From the IMG/VR virus record IMGVR_UViG_3300023296_001253: a stretch of 64,000 nucleotides of DNA; one strand, written 5' to 3'. Shown here piece by piece: positions 7,518 through 17,467 of the stretch. Source of the DNA: a virus. Under the pieces are notes generated by a model. It was not told the DNA's origin and made no database searches. It worked only from the letters and a program-made list of their open reading frames with translations. The position numbers were made by a program, and so were the translations under genes. The stretch's first letter is position 1. The number at the start of each line of letters is the position of its first letter.

Positions 7518-7904
7518 TTATAGCTCACCTTCATCTAATACTTTTTGCAACCCATGCTCCCTATCTATGAATTTATATTCAATTTTTATAGGTGAAAAAA
7601 TATGAAGATTTTCAAAAACAGTAGTAATATCTAGAGAACCGCATGTATATACATCTAATTGCATTATTCCAGGAGAAAACTCGTCCCAGACATGCATCGC
7701 AATATGAGAAGTTTCAATTATACAAACTCCAGTAAAGCCAGCATTTCCTTCAATATCAACATATCTAACATACGGTCCAGCCAAAAGTTTCATATCAATC
7801 TCTTCAACAAGATTTCTAAACCACTCTTCCATCAAAACTAAATCTGTTTTCTTTGGCGGTGATTCTATTTCGGCTCTAACAAGAAGATGTTTGTGTTGCA
7901 GCAT
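7518..7904 (-). CDS. speD: S-adenosylmethionine decarboxylase proenzyme
   Basis: G.TG..IIETSHIAMHVW...QLDVYTCG. Confidence 0.85.
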   Translation of the reverse strand: MLQHKHLLVRAEIESPPKKTDLVLMEEWFRNLVEEIDMKLLAGPYVRYVDIEGNAGFTGVCIIETSHIAMHVWDEFSPGIMQLDVYTCGSLDITTVFENLHIFSPIKIEYKFIDREHGLQKVLDEGEL

Positions 7905-7916
7905 TTTAAGTGTATC

Positions 7917-8111
7917 CTATTTGCTATATGGTTTATATATATAAGATGCAATATCCTGAATTATATATAAAACTACCATTTCGACAGGACCAAATGGAAT
8001 ACCCATAAGCCAAAGTATAAAATAACCACAAATCTGTGGCCAAATCATATCAGCTACAATATATTCTGTAACATTTTTTCTAGGAATTTCCCAACGAATC
8101 CATTTTATCAT
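7917..8111 (-). CDS. small membrane protein
   Basis: ORF track; hydrophobic. Confidence 0.5.
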   Translation of the reverse strand: MIKWIRWEIPRKNVTEYIVADMIWPQICGYFILWLMGIPFGPVEMVVLYIIQDIASYIYKPYSK

Positions 8112-8299
8112 TCTGAAAATCCAATATTATCTCTATTAAGCCAATACTTTTCAATCAACTGAATAGCTTCATTAACATTTTCATCATTACCATCAAGCAA
8201 TTCAGCATAAAAAGTAGCTAGTCTATCAAAATTATTTTCAAACTCACTGGCACGATATGAATTCTGAATAAAATCTACACCTGAAAATTGATCATTCAT
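8108..8299 (-). CDS. hypothetical protein
   Basis: ORF track; AAGGAG RBS. Confidence 0.6.
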   Translation of the reverse strand: MNDQFSGVDFIQNSYRASEFENNFDRLATFYAELLDGNDENVNEAIQLIEKYWLNRDNIGFSE

Positions 8300-8358
8300 T
8301 TAATCTCTCCTTTGTATAAATAATATATCATAAACAAACCTAATTGTAAATGGCCAAA

Positions 8359-8484
8359 ATGAAAAAATTTAAGCATTATTTAAAATCAATATCTAAAGGA
8401 ACTCCTGTTCTAATCCAACAGGGCAAGCATTCTATTTCTAAAGGAACTCCTGTTCTAATCCAACAATATCCCAGTTTTTTGTAA
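8359..8484 (+). pseudogene. truncated late gene with a tandem peptide repeat (MKKFKHYLK-SISKGTPVLIQQ x2)
   Basis: TATAAATA at 8315-8322; 29-bp direct repeat at 8392-8420 and 8437-8465; collides with the convergent gene. Confidence 0.5.
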
Positions 8485-8830
8485 GAACTGCTCCATGATA
8501 CATTTTTCCTATATCATGCGCATTATCTTTACTAATATGCTCATATTCATATGGCTTTAAAGTTTTCACATCAGGATTCCATTCAGACGAAATAGAATGT
8601 TTTCCATTTATCTGTTTATACTCTGGCTTAAGAGTATGAATTCCCATGTGGTCATAAATCTTAGCAGTAAGAGATTCAACTTTAGCATGATCACCATTTT
8701 CATAATGTTTTATGTAATGTTTCTTTCCTGTTTCAGTATCAGTATGAATTCCACCCTCATTAGAACCAAATTGAGTGCCATGTTCTTTTTTCAATTCTTC
8801 ACCTAAGAAATTTTTAAAGCTTTTCATCAC
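8438..8830 (-). pseudogene. HipA/PI-kinase-like protein, apparently truncated after the NWDIVGL catalytic loop
   Basis: GSNEGG loop, YIKHY, E.L..KIY..MG, NWD.VGL; no following N or DxG motif before the stop. Confidence 0.55.
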
Positions 8831-8855
8831 ATCTCCTTTAATTTTTTATTATTTA

Positions 8856-9224
8856 TTAAACGTGAGATCTTACTTTTAATAATAATTGTTCATAAGATTC
8901 TTCTTTTAGATGAAAAAATAATCTAAGATTTATTGAATTTGCATATTTAATTTCTTCAGTAACTCCAACAGAATTTTCCCAACCTTCTTGTTCATGCACT
9001 AATATAGCAGTCGAAATAGAAAGCATATGCTCATCATATTCTTTCCAATATGCATGATCAGTCGGCATTTCATGTTGTGTTGCCAATTCATGACAATGAA
9101 CTATAGGTGAAAAGCACCAAACTTTATTTCTTAAAAGAAACGCAGTAAGAGCTTCAACTGATCTATGTCTTTTTTCTCTAACAGCAAAAGACTTATCAGA
9201 ATAAGGTGACGCAATATATATCAT
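8856..9224 (-). CDS. DUF1937 / nucleoside deoxyribosyltransferase-like protein
   Basis: MIYIASPYS...FSPIVHCH...GWE.S.GV..EI. Confidence 0.75.
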   Translation of the reverse strand: MIYIASPYSDKSFAVREKRHRSVEALTAFLLRNKVWCFSPIVHCHELATQHEMPTDHAYWKEYDEHMLSISTAILVHEQEGWENSVGVTEEIKYANSINLRLFFHLKEESYEQLLLKVRSHV

Positions 9225-9232
9225 TTAAACTC

Positions 9233-9457
9233 CTAAAAACAAAACCAATAACCACATTTATTACTACAAACAACTCCTCCACCTATACCTGATATTAAAT
9301 GACTATCACAATCAGGACACTTATTAACTTCACACCAAGTACAACTTACAACTAATTCATCTTTAAAACTTTTTCTTGGTTCGCCCCATGTATGACCCAT
9401 CCTTCTACACTTCTCATTAGTATCTTTAGTAACCTCATATAAAAGATCAGTCCACAT
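9233..9457 (-). CDS. small Cys-rich zinc-binding protein
   Basis: multiple CxxC motifs. Confidence 0.55.
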   Translation of the reverse strand: MWTDLLYEVTKDTNEKCRRMGHTWGEPRKSFKDELVVSCTWCEVNKCPDCDSHLISGIGGGVVCSNKCGYWFCF

Positions 9458-10184
9458 AAATTATATCTTTCTTAATATCAAAAAACAATTGAGCTTTCGA
9501 TTCCGAAATTTGTAAATCACAGCCACATCCATGCCATTTAGTATCTGTCAATTCATCAATAAAAGATTCTTTGGTGTATTCTTTAAATCTTGGATTTAAC
9601 CAAGTATCTATAATTTCGCTGTCTTGTTTAGAATGTGATTCAAAATGTGTATTAGCAGTAATCTTAAAAAAATCTTTTATTTGATCTACGTTATATTCAT
9701 TTTCAATAAAATATTTTGATAGTTGTTTTATTTCTTTACGACCTTCTAAATTATAAACAAAGCCGCGAAAAATACCATTTTCTTTTGTTGAATCGTAACA
9801 ATGATTCAAAAAAGCTTTTGTGTCAGCAACGTGATGAATAACTCCTGTTGCTATAACAAAATCATATTCATTGTATACATTCATAAAATCTGAATTTATA
9901 TGTGTTATATTCAAAATTTTATTTTGTTTCGCTAATTTAATAGATTCATATATACTATTCTTTGAAACATCAACTGCAGTAATTCTAGCAAATGGGTGAT
10001 GAATCCCAATAAGTGTTGGTTGAATAGTACCACAACCAACACTAGCTATACTTTTTCCTATAGTGGATTCAGCAGGTCCCATACATCCATCACTAAGTCT
10101 TTCTAAATATCCATTACAATATTCTAAATATTGTTTGATTTCTGGATATGTTTTATCATTATAAAATTCTTGTATACAATCCAT
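9447..10184 (-). CDS. class I SAM-dependent methyltransferase
   Basis: VGCGT, AVDVS and YDFVIATGVIHH motifs. Confidence 0.8.
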   Translation of the reverse strand: MDCIQEFYNDKTYPEIKQYLEYCNGYLERLSDGCMGPAESTIGKSIASVGCGTIQPTLIGIHHPFARITAVDVSKNSIYESIKLAKQNKILNITHINSDFMNVYNEYDFVIATGVIHHVADTKAFLNHCYDSTKENGIFRGFVYNLEGRKEIKQLSKYFIENEYNVDQIKDFFKITANTHFESHSKQDSEIIDTWLNPRFKEYTKESFIDELTDTKWHGCGCDLQISESKAQLFFDIKKDIIYVD

Positions 10185-10320
10185 AAGTTACCTATTATTT
10201 AACTTTTTTATAATATCTGGAATAACTGTATTGTCCATCTCTTCAACTGAAGTTTTAATAGTATTATAATCTACATTATATCTATTAAGAACTTCTTTCA
10301 CTTCTATAATGGCCCATAAA

Positions 10321-10770
10321 CTATTTTCCTTGTGTTAAATTCACATACAAATTATATAAATTATGAACTTTAATATTATTGGCTTTGGCTATTCTAATTC
10401 CAAGGCCAGTTCCACCAATATCTTTTCCATTCTTTGTAAAACAATATACCACAGATACTGGTGTTTGTAAATACTTTCCTAAAATAATCATCGAATTTCT
10501 TCCATGTAATTTTTTGGCATAATCACTACACCTATTCCAGGCCGGATGAAATTTAGAAGCATATTCTATAGCTTCTTCTGTAGCATCATTAGCTTTAAAT
10601 ATTTCTTTTAAATCATCAGCTCCTTCTTCAAAAGCAGTGTCTGCTCCTATTGCTCCACCAGATCTAAGAACATAGCCAGATGCTTTAAGTGTTATAGCTA
10701 TATTTTTCATTTGAGATAATATAACTTCTGGCGTTTCTCTTGATCCTATTCCAGCATAAAAATGTTTCAT
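10321..10770 (-). CDS. SLOG/DprA-like protein
   Basis: YAGIGSRETP, LRSGGAIGAD, GGTG..IRIA. Confidence 0.75.
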   Translation of the reverse strand: MKHFYAGIGSRETPEVILSQMKNIAITLKASGYVLRSGGAIGADTAFEEGADDLKEIFKANDATEEAIEYASKFHPAWNRCSDYAKKLHGRNSMIILGKYLQTPVSVVYCFTKNGKDIGGTGLGIRIAKANNIKVHNLYNLYVNLTQGK

Positions 10771-10958
10771 TTTCTACCAATATCTAAAAAACCAATCCAT
10801 AATACATATGTAGTGGCAAACAATGCTAACATACAAACAACAATTAGTAGTTTAGCTGCAAGAAGTGGCCACATAATAAAAGAAAACATAAAAAACCCTA
10901 TAATACAAAAGGTTATTATTGTTAATATAAAAGCTGATATATCAAACCCATATTTCAT
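10767..10958 (-). CDS. two-TM membrane protein
   Basis: two hydrophobic segments. Confidence 0.55.
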   Translation of the reverse strand: MKYGFDISAFILTIITFCIIGFFMFSFIMWPLLAAKLLIVVCMLALFATTYVLWIGFLDIGRK

Positions 10959-10961
10959 AAT

Positions 10962-11339
10962 TTACTCCAGTGTTTCACCTGTTTCAACATATTCTTTTTC
11001 ATCAACCCACTTACCATCTTTTTTAAATTCAACTTTAGCAAATTTCATTTGGCGCAAAGCTTCTTCTTCAGCTTCCTTTAATTGGCCAGTTCTTTTAGCA
11101 ATTTCTAATTTATGCCAAGCTTTAAATACAGAAGTTTCTATACACTTTGTAAAAGCATCAACTTTATTCTGGTGTTGTGATCGTGTTGCATCAGAATATC
11201 CAGCAGCACCGGACTCTTTATGTGTGCAATATACAGCAGAAGAGGTTTTATTTCTCTTCTGCCCACCCTTTCCTGTTCCTCTGGTAAACTTAAAAATAAA
11301 ATCTTTTTCGGTTACACTAAATAAAAGTTCTTTACTCAT
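10962..11339 (-). CDS. GGQ-motif peptidyl-tRNA hydrolase (RF-1 domain; ArfB/YaeJ-like)
   Basis: FTRGTGKGGQKRNKTSSAV...H..SG...RSQHQNK. Confidence 0.9.
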   Translation of the reverse strand: MSKELLFSVTEKDFIFKFTRGTGKGGQKRNKTSSAVYCTHKESGAAGYSDATRSQHQNKVDAFTKCIETSVFKAWHKLEIAKRTGQLKEAEEEALRQMKFAKVEFKKDGKWVDEKEYVETGETLE

Positions 11340-11549
11340 TTAATAATCTTTTTTGTGATACATAAAAATAGATAAGAGCACCAATACTTTTCAATTTAGG
11401 AATACCTGAATGATTATGAAGAACATTATGCACATAATGCGCTTTAATATTATTAAGACCTTCGAAATAATATCTGCTTTTTACAATAATATCAACAACA
11501 TGTGTTTTATTATAATTAGCTGACTTTATAACTCTATTATAATTTTTCA

Positions 11550-11957
11550 TTATCTAAACTTCTTTGAAAATACATTATATAAAGAATCTGATAAAGGTTC
11601 AAAACAATTTATTACTATATCCTTTGCAAGATGTTCTACAATTATGCTAGCAATATTTCTAAGATCTTCTTCATTCATATCGATGATAATAGAAGTTTTA
11701 CAATCTTTTCCATTTAACTTATATCTAACAATCACATCATATTCAAAATTATACATATTGTTATTAATAGAAACATTCATGTCAAATGAATTATCTTTAA
11801 CACGTATAGACTTTTCTATTTCTTTTTGAGCAATGGCTTCCATTTCTCTAAGAAGCTTTACGCTTTCGTCTGTTGGAGCTCTATTAACATTCATGGTGTT
11901 ATTACTAGAAACATAAGAACGTGATGGATGAGGCATCAATACAGTTTTATCAAACAT
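11550..11957 (-). CDS. hypothetical protein
   Basis: ORF track. Confidence 0.6.
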   Translation of the reverse strand: MFDKTVLMPHPSRSYVSSNNTMNVNRAPTDESVKLLREMEAIAQKEIEKSIRVKDNSFDMNVSINNNMYNFEYDVIVRYKLNGKDCKTSIIIDMNEEDLRNIASIIVEHLAKDIVINCFEPLSDSLYNVFSKKFR

Positions 11958-12076
11958 TAAAAAAATTCCTAATTGCTTTTCTCATTTCATTATTAATTGA
12001 ACTGAAAGACAAATGTTTTGAATGAAATATGCTGAATGGAATAGCGCATTTAATATGTATAGAGTTTATTGTTATT

Positions 12077-12499
12077 TTATGTCTTTTCATGATCTAATAA
12101 ATAATTTCCATCTTCTGGTGAACAGCCAAAATGTTCCCAATCACTAGGAAGAGCTTTTCTAATTGTTTCATAATCGTAATCGCCATCAACTTCTCCATAA
12201 TAATCTGTGTGATAATAAACAACAAAACTTTCCATTATCCAAAATCCTTCTATATGATCTACCATACTAGAAAGAATATACTCTAAACCAGGTCCATAAT
12301 TTTGTTCATAATCAGCAGCTCCACCTTCATAAGCATAAACATCCACAGTCGTTTCAGGTTGACCATTGTGTGTGCGTCCTTCATCTAAAGTTCTAAAAAG
12401 AATCATCGAAGGTTCAGAAGGATTCGGAATTTCTATCTCTCCAACTTGATCATCTTCTAATATAGATAACTCAGCATCAAAATCAACTTTCATGTCCAT
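12077..12499 (-). CDS. acidic hypothetical protein
   Basis: ORF track; very D/E-rich. Confidence 0.6.
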   Translation of the reverse strand: MDMKVDFDAELSILEDDQVGEIEIPNPSEPSMILFRTLDEGRTHNGQPETTVDVYAYEGGAADYEQNYGPGLEYILSSMVDHIEGFWIMESFVVYYHTDYYGEVDGDYDYETIRKALPSDWEHFGCSPEDGNYLLDHEKT

Positions 12500-13176
12500 A
12501 AAGCTCTATAATATTTTCCAAAAAGAATAAGACCGTTATCAATTCTTTTAGATGCTTTTTCAAATCCTTCTTTATCAAAAACAGATGTATGATTTGGACC
12601 ATTTTCCATTTTATATAATGTAGCATCATCCTCAGATACTTCATTATAATCATTGTCAGTTGGAATCAGTTTAATATCAAATTCTCCTGAATAAAATTCA
12701 TCTTCCCAGGAATCATCAAGAATATGCTCAAATGCAAAAATCATTTCATCAAGAATATAATCCCATCTCTTTTCAAAATATTCATCCATTGAACCATCAA
12801 TAGCCAATTTCTTTTTTTCTTTTGCAGAAGGGCGAAGTTCTTTTGGCACATCTTCAAAATTAACATAAGGAGTTCCTTGTTTTGCTTCTTTTATTTTTTT
12901 CAAAACAGGAAGAATAACAAGAGCAAGAGTATAATCAGCACTCCATACATCATAATCATCAATTCTAACGGTAATATTTCGTTCAATGCTGTCAAAAATT
13001 CTATTAATAGTTTTTCTGTAAAACCAATTAAGTTTTTCATCAAAAAAATCAAGAAAGTTTTCATATGATGTACGATTAGCCTTCGAAGGCCAATCAAAGC
13101 TATATTTTTTATTCATATAGCTTCCAAACTTATCACTTGTAATCCATTTTTTATATGGTCCAATATAAACTTTCAT
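12490..13176 (-). CDS. conserved T4-like phage hypothetical protein
   Basis: MKVYIGPY...IDDYDVWS.DYTLA..ILP.L...RWDYILDEMIFAF...LFGKYY..LW. Confidence 0.7.
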   Translation of the reverse strand: MKVYIGPYKKWITSDKFGSYMNKKYSFDWPSKANRTSYENFLDFFDEKLNWFYRKTINRIFDSIERNITVRIDDYDVWSADYTLALVILPVLKKIKEAKQGTPYVNFEDVPKELRPSAKEKKKLAIDGSMDEYFEKRWDYILDEMIFAFEHILDDSWEDEFYSGEFDIKLIPTDNDYNEVSEDDATLYKMENGPNHTSVFDKEGFEKASKRIDNGLILFGKYYRALWT

Positions 13177-13208
13177 TTTATTTCCTAAATCGTGTTATTG
13201 AATATTTT

Positions 13209-13466
13209 TCATAACTTATCACCCATAAGAGCTTTATATGTAGGCAAAATATCTTCAGAATTTTGTACAACTGCAATAACATCTATACATCTATTATCCA
13301 TTAAGCAATTTGCTATTTGAGTACTATTTAATGGTTTTAAATATAATTCATATTTTCTCATATCCATCACTGTTTTTTCAATAATAGCTGGTCTAATAAT
13401 ATATGCAAATAAACCAATGCATATACCAAATGTGGCAAATATAACAGTTCCATAAAAATTACCCAT
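13209..13466 (-). CDS. membrane-anchored hypothetical protein
   Basis: N-terminal TM segment. Confidence 0.5.
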   Translation of the reverse strand: MGNFYGTVIFATFGICIGLFAYIIRPAIIEKTVMDMRKYELYLKPLNSTQIANCLMDNRCIDVIAVVQNSEDILPTYKALMGDKL

Positions 13467-13491
13467 TATTATATTCCTTTTATTTAGTATA

Positions 13492-14082
13492 TCACACTTC
13501 TTCTGATTTGTAAACAGTAGATGTGTATTTTCTTATAATTATTTCACCAGTCCAATTTGGCAAAAATTGAACCCATTGTTCATCATCTACAATCAATGGA
13601 TATTTTTGTCGTATGCTAAGCATATCATAGAAATTTGGAGTCCATGGCTTAGTTTTTGGCTTCCACGATGGAGAAGTAGAATCATCTTTATCTGAATTAC
13701 AAGATTTGCATGAAGCAACGACATTCAACCAAGAATGCTTGCCACCCTTTGACTTTGGAGTAACATGATCATATGTAAGAGTTTTTGGAGTTAGCTTGTC
13801 TCCACAATACACGCACACGCACTGATCTCTATAATATAAAGATTCTTTCTTCAATCTAACTTCTTTTCTGAATGACTGACCATTATAATTAACAATCACA
13901 GATGGCCATCTCAAATCATTTCTTGATGGTGTTTGAATAACATGGTCATGCCAAGCAACAACATGACATCGCTCATTTAAATAACGAGCGATAGCATCTT
14001 CTGCTGGTATTGTATATAACGGAAATATTGATAACGGCAAATATTGATTGTTCAATACAAGTGTTCTATAATTATGTGACAT
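13492..14082 (-). CDS. HNH endonuclease (McrA-like)
   Basis: RD...CVYCG...TYDHV.PKSKGG...W.NVVASCKSCN..K. Confidence 0.9.
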   Translation of the reverse strand: MSHNYRTLVLNNQYLPLSIFPLYTIPAEDAIARYLNERCHVVAWHDHVIQTPSRNDLRWPSVIVNYNGQSFRKEVRLKKESLYYRDQCVCVYCGDKLTPKTLTYDHVTPKSKGGKHSWLNVVASCKSCNSDKDDSTSPSWKPKTKPWTPNFYDMLSIRQKYPLIVDDEQWVQFLPNWTGEIIIRKYTSTVYKSEEV

Positions 14083-14099
14083 ATCACTTCTTTCATATT

Positions 14100-14130
14100 A
14101 AAATGGGTGGACATTTGCACATCCACCCAC
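14100..14130 (-). terminator. intrinsic terminator
   Basis: TGGGTGGA...TCCACCCA stem followed by TTTT on the minus strand. Confidence 0.6.
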
Positions 14131-14140
14131 TGACTAGAAA

Positions 14141-14278
14141 TTATATAAAATACTTTCTAATCGATTCTTGTCGAAAAATATCTTTTTCAGACAAACTATC
14201 TAATGAACTACTGGCTGAGTGTTTTTTAAATAATCCATTAGAAATTACTTCATTCTCAGCTATAGTATAAGGCCACAT
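14141..14278 (-). CDS. 45-aa protein coupled to hsp20 (MWPYTIAENE...)
   Basis: manual translation; TAATG overlap with the hsp20 stop. Confidence 0.5.
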   Translation of the reverse strand: MWPYTIAENEVISNGLFKKHSASSSLDSLSEKDIFRQESIRKYFI

Positions 14279-14745
14279 TAATCACGGGCCCCTTCTTCAT
14301 TCAAAAGTTGAGCATTTTTTTCAAAGGCAGAATCGTTTTCATCTTTAATGTCAACCTTCTTTGGCTTTTTGCTATCTGGTATCATATTTTCTAAAAATAC
14401 TTTTAGAAGTCCATTTACCATTTGAGCATCTTTTACTTCTACTGTATCAGCAAGAGCAAAAGTTCTTGTAAAAGCTCTGTCTGCAATACCTTTGAAAAGA
14501 TAATTGCTTTCATCAGATTCTATGCTTCCAGTAATCTTCATCGTGCCGTTATCAATTTCAATTTCAAGATTATTCTTACCAAATCCAGCTACTGCCATTT
14601 CGATAAGATACTTGTTATCATCTACTTTTACAATATTATATGGTGGATAACTAGCATTAGACATTGGTTTAAGCATTTCTTCCATTTTCTTTGTTATTGA
14701 ATCAAATCCAATAGAAAATGGGTCAAATTTAGATAAAGTATTCAT
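14278..14745 (-). CDS. small heat-shock protein Hsp20 (IbpA-like)
   Basis: YPPYNI, IEMAVAGF, KGIA.RAF.RTF.L, NGLL. Confidence 0.95.
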   Translation of the reverse strand: MNTLSKFDPFSIGFDSITKKMEEMLKPMSNASYPPYNIVKVDDNKYLIEMAVAGFGKNNLEIEIDNGTMKITGSIESDESNYLFKGIADRAFTRTFALADTVEVKDAQMVNGLLKVFLENMIPDSKKPKKVDIKDENDSAFEKNAQLLNEEGARD

Positions 14746-14797
14746 TTAATTACTCCTTTTAAGCAAGTTAATATTTGCGCTCTATTAAAGCAGCGCT
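14746..14797 (-). promoter_or_regulatory. ROSE-type RNA thermometer
   Basis: GCGCT/AGCGC hairpin followed by ACUU-G-CU-UAAA-AG-GAGU; UUGCU pairs with the AGGAG SD with a bulged G. Confidence 0.7.
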
Positions 14798-15975
14798 ATA
14801 AAATTATCGTCCTTGAGAAACAAAACTTTTTGATTCACATTCAGACGGCTGTCTTCCGGTTGCTCGTACAAAATTACGATAATCACCAGAAAATTCGGTT
14901 TTAAAATATCTTTGATGCGGTCCTTGATCAGACCAGGAAGGCGAGAACAGCGTAGTTAGCGCTGAAATAAGTAGATTCATTATTCTGTCTCCTTTAGACA
15001 ACAGATTATTAAAGTTATATATCATCCTTTTGGACTGACATATTATATATATATTATTTTATACTGTCAATAAAAATTTGATGAAAATTAGTAAAAACTG
15101 GTATAGCAGTTTTCATAAGAAAACTCAAAGAAAAATTAAAATCAATTTTCAACCAAAAAACATTTCCAGCTGCATCATTATAAATTTCATCGCTTAAAGA
15201 TTTCATTCGATTTTAACCCATCCATCACCTATACTAATTCTAGTAATTAAATTATAATTAAAAGAATAAGTAACATCCCCATAAACAGTCATTATTGCAT
15301 TATGAGATATTTTTTTCATTATGTAATCCATAACTGAATAAGAATAAAATTTTGTCTTAAGAGATTTCATTTTATTTTAGCTCTTTCAGCATCTATATAA
15401 CTCATAATGATTTGCTTATAATTATGTAGAGAAGTTCTTCTATAGATATTAATCATTTGTAATGAAGATATTGTTTCTAATATAGCACCCATAGCTGAAT
15501 AAGAAAAATATTCTTTGTTTAAAGCTTTCATTTGCATTCACCTTTCCATTTCCAAGCACCAGTCGTTGGACAATGTAAAGCATAACCTCTAGAAATACCT
15601 TCGTTTTTTATTTCAGCGAGTTTAATAACTGTTAATCCAGTTATTAATACACTGCAAAACAGAGCCACACACAAAACAATTATAGCAGTTTCTTCATTAT
15701 TCATCTTGTTATTCCTTTACATATTTCACACTGCCAATATACACCACACTCATCTGTATGAATAATTCCCATACATTTTCCTCTTCCTCTTGGATTAAAT
15801 CCTCTAATCCATCTAAGCCATTTTGAGCAAGCATGTTTTCTTGTATTTGGAACTCTTTTATAACTTGGCCACATTATAAATCACTCTAATTGTTGGCATA
15901 TAAATCGTTATCATTCCCCATCCACAAGAACATGTAGTGAGAGAAGTACCAAGCTGCTTAGAACATTTTGGACAA

Positions 15976-16224
15976 TTATTCAACATCAACAAATGCTCTT
16001 TTCATATCTAATTGATCACTTTTATTTTCATTTAAGTCATAAGTTTCCATTACTTTTTGCATGTTACCAGGATTATTAATATTATCTTGCAATTCTTTTT
16101 TTGTTTCGCAAAAAATAGGATAATCTTCCCAATCAAATGTATCACACATGATAATCATATAGTTTTGATTATTATCAACTCCACGATTAAACCAATCACT
16201 TATCATATCTCTAGTAGTAGTCAT
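15976..16224 (-). CDS. hypothetical protein
   Basis: ORF track. Confidence 0.6.
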   Translation of the reverse strand: MTTTRDMISDWFNRGVDNNQNYMIIMCDTFDWEDYPIFCETKKELQDNINNPGNMQKVMETYDLNENKSDQLDMKRAFVDVE

Positions 16225-16458
16225 TTAGTATTTTCCTTTAGCTTCTTTATATGCTTGTATAATTAATGAACATAACTTATATAAAATAACGATAAAAGCT
16301 ACAACAAGCGAAAATAATAGAAAAATAATAGCCGGTATACCATTAGTTATAAAAGCTAATATTAAAAAGGTTGCAATCCACAACAACAAAAAACAAAAAA
16401 TAAACATTGCTCCTTCATCATCATCTAAAGAATTCCACATTTCAGTAATTAATTTCAT
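16225..16458 (-). CDS. two-TM membrane protein
   Basis: hydrophobic segments. Confidence 0.55.
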   Translation of the reverse strand: MKLITEMWNSLDDDEGAMFIFCFLLLWIATFLILAFITNGIPAIIFLLFSLVVAFIVILYKLCSLIIQAYKEAKGKY

Positions 16459-16467
16459 AATAATTTC

Positions 16468-16911
16468 CTATTTACAAATATTCATATGGTTTTTAAAATA
16501 ATTATAGTGCATTTTAATATAATGCTTAACAGATCTATTCTGCATTCCACCCTGTTTTGTAATAAAATCATTTACCCAATTAGGATAATTTTTAAATACG
16601 GCTGTAGTTAAATTATAATTTGCTACGCGATTGCCTTTAATATCTCTTTTATAAAGGGGATGAAACATAAAAACTGTATTTTTATGAGCGCATACCAAAG
16701 GTTTAGGAAGTGTAAGATAATAAGTACACATAGAAGAACAATCATTTTTCAGTTCTACTCGTGTATCATCTTTAGAAATCTTTTTTACTTTATCAAAATA
16801 ATCAAGAACCAATCCGCCTCTATCATTACTCACAACGATCGTATTTTCATAAGAAAATACGATCGTTGAAGTTAGCATTAATGCTACTGATATATACAAA
16901 ATCTTTCTCAT
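16468..16911 (-). CDS. secreted protein, possible ClpP/crotonase-like fold
   Basis: signal peptide; DRGG...CSSMCT...FMFH. Confidence 0.45.
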   Translation of the reverse strand: MRKILYISVALMLTSTIVFSYENTIVVSNDRGGLVLDYFDKVKKISKDDTRVELKNDCSSMCTYYLTLPKPLVCAHKNTVFMFHPLYKRDIKGNRVANYNLTTAVFKNYPNWVNDFITKQGGMQNRSVKHYIKMHYNYFKNHMNICK

Positions 16912-16982
16912 ATCATTATCCTTTTAATATATGATAATTATAAATAACATATAATATAATAAATGTCAATAGGTTAATTTCT

Positions 16983-17402
16983 ATGCAATATTCTGAAAAA
17001 ACAAGAACTCAATCAAGCTCAAAGCCATTTAATGATACATGGATAAAATCAACTTGGCGTCCTGCTATGGCTATCGTTTATATGATTATCTGTTTATATG
17101 ATTTTGTATTCGCAGATGTTCTTAGAATGTATTTAATAACTAGTGGATTAGTAGATCCAGCTTTAGTTGCTTCTTGGGTAGCTCAAACTTTATCAAACGG
17201 CGGAGTGTTTCATTTATCTATGGGAGTTATTCTCGGAGCTTCTGCTTGGACAAGAGGTCAAGAAAAGATTCGTAGAGTAGAAACTTATGGAAATAATCAG
17301 TTCTCAGATCCGTTCTTTAATACTTCTTCTAGAACTAATATTCTGTCGCAGAGCGACATCATGAATGATCCTTCGGTTATACCTCCAGTTACAGGTAATT
17401 AG
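16983..17402 (+). CDS. holin-like membrane protein (3TM GTA-holin type)
   Basis: WRPAMA.VY...GG.FH.SMG..LG.SAW.RGQEK; late promoter TATAAATA at 16939-16946. Confidence 0.6.
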   Translation: MQYSEKTRTQSSSKPFNDTWIKSTWRPAMAIVYMIICLYDFVFADVLRMYLITSGLVDPALVASWVAQTLSNGGVFHLSMGVILGASAWTRGQEKIRRVETYGNNQFSDPFFNTSSRTNILSQSDIMNDPSVIPPVTGN

Positions 17403-17467
17403 TTTCTCGCTACTTAAAGATCTTTAAGAACTTAGTTTAAAGGATACCTTAATAAGCAAGTATATTA

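Noticed and set aside
7518-7904. SpeD feeding polyamine-modified thymine
   Set aside because: The synthase here is dCMP-type (Asp), and no hmU kinase or amino-transfer genes are seen in the window.
8392-8465. Mini CRISPR array
   Set aside because: Only two 29-bp copies separated by 16 bp; they form an in-frame peptide repeat and no cas genes are present.
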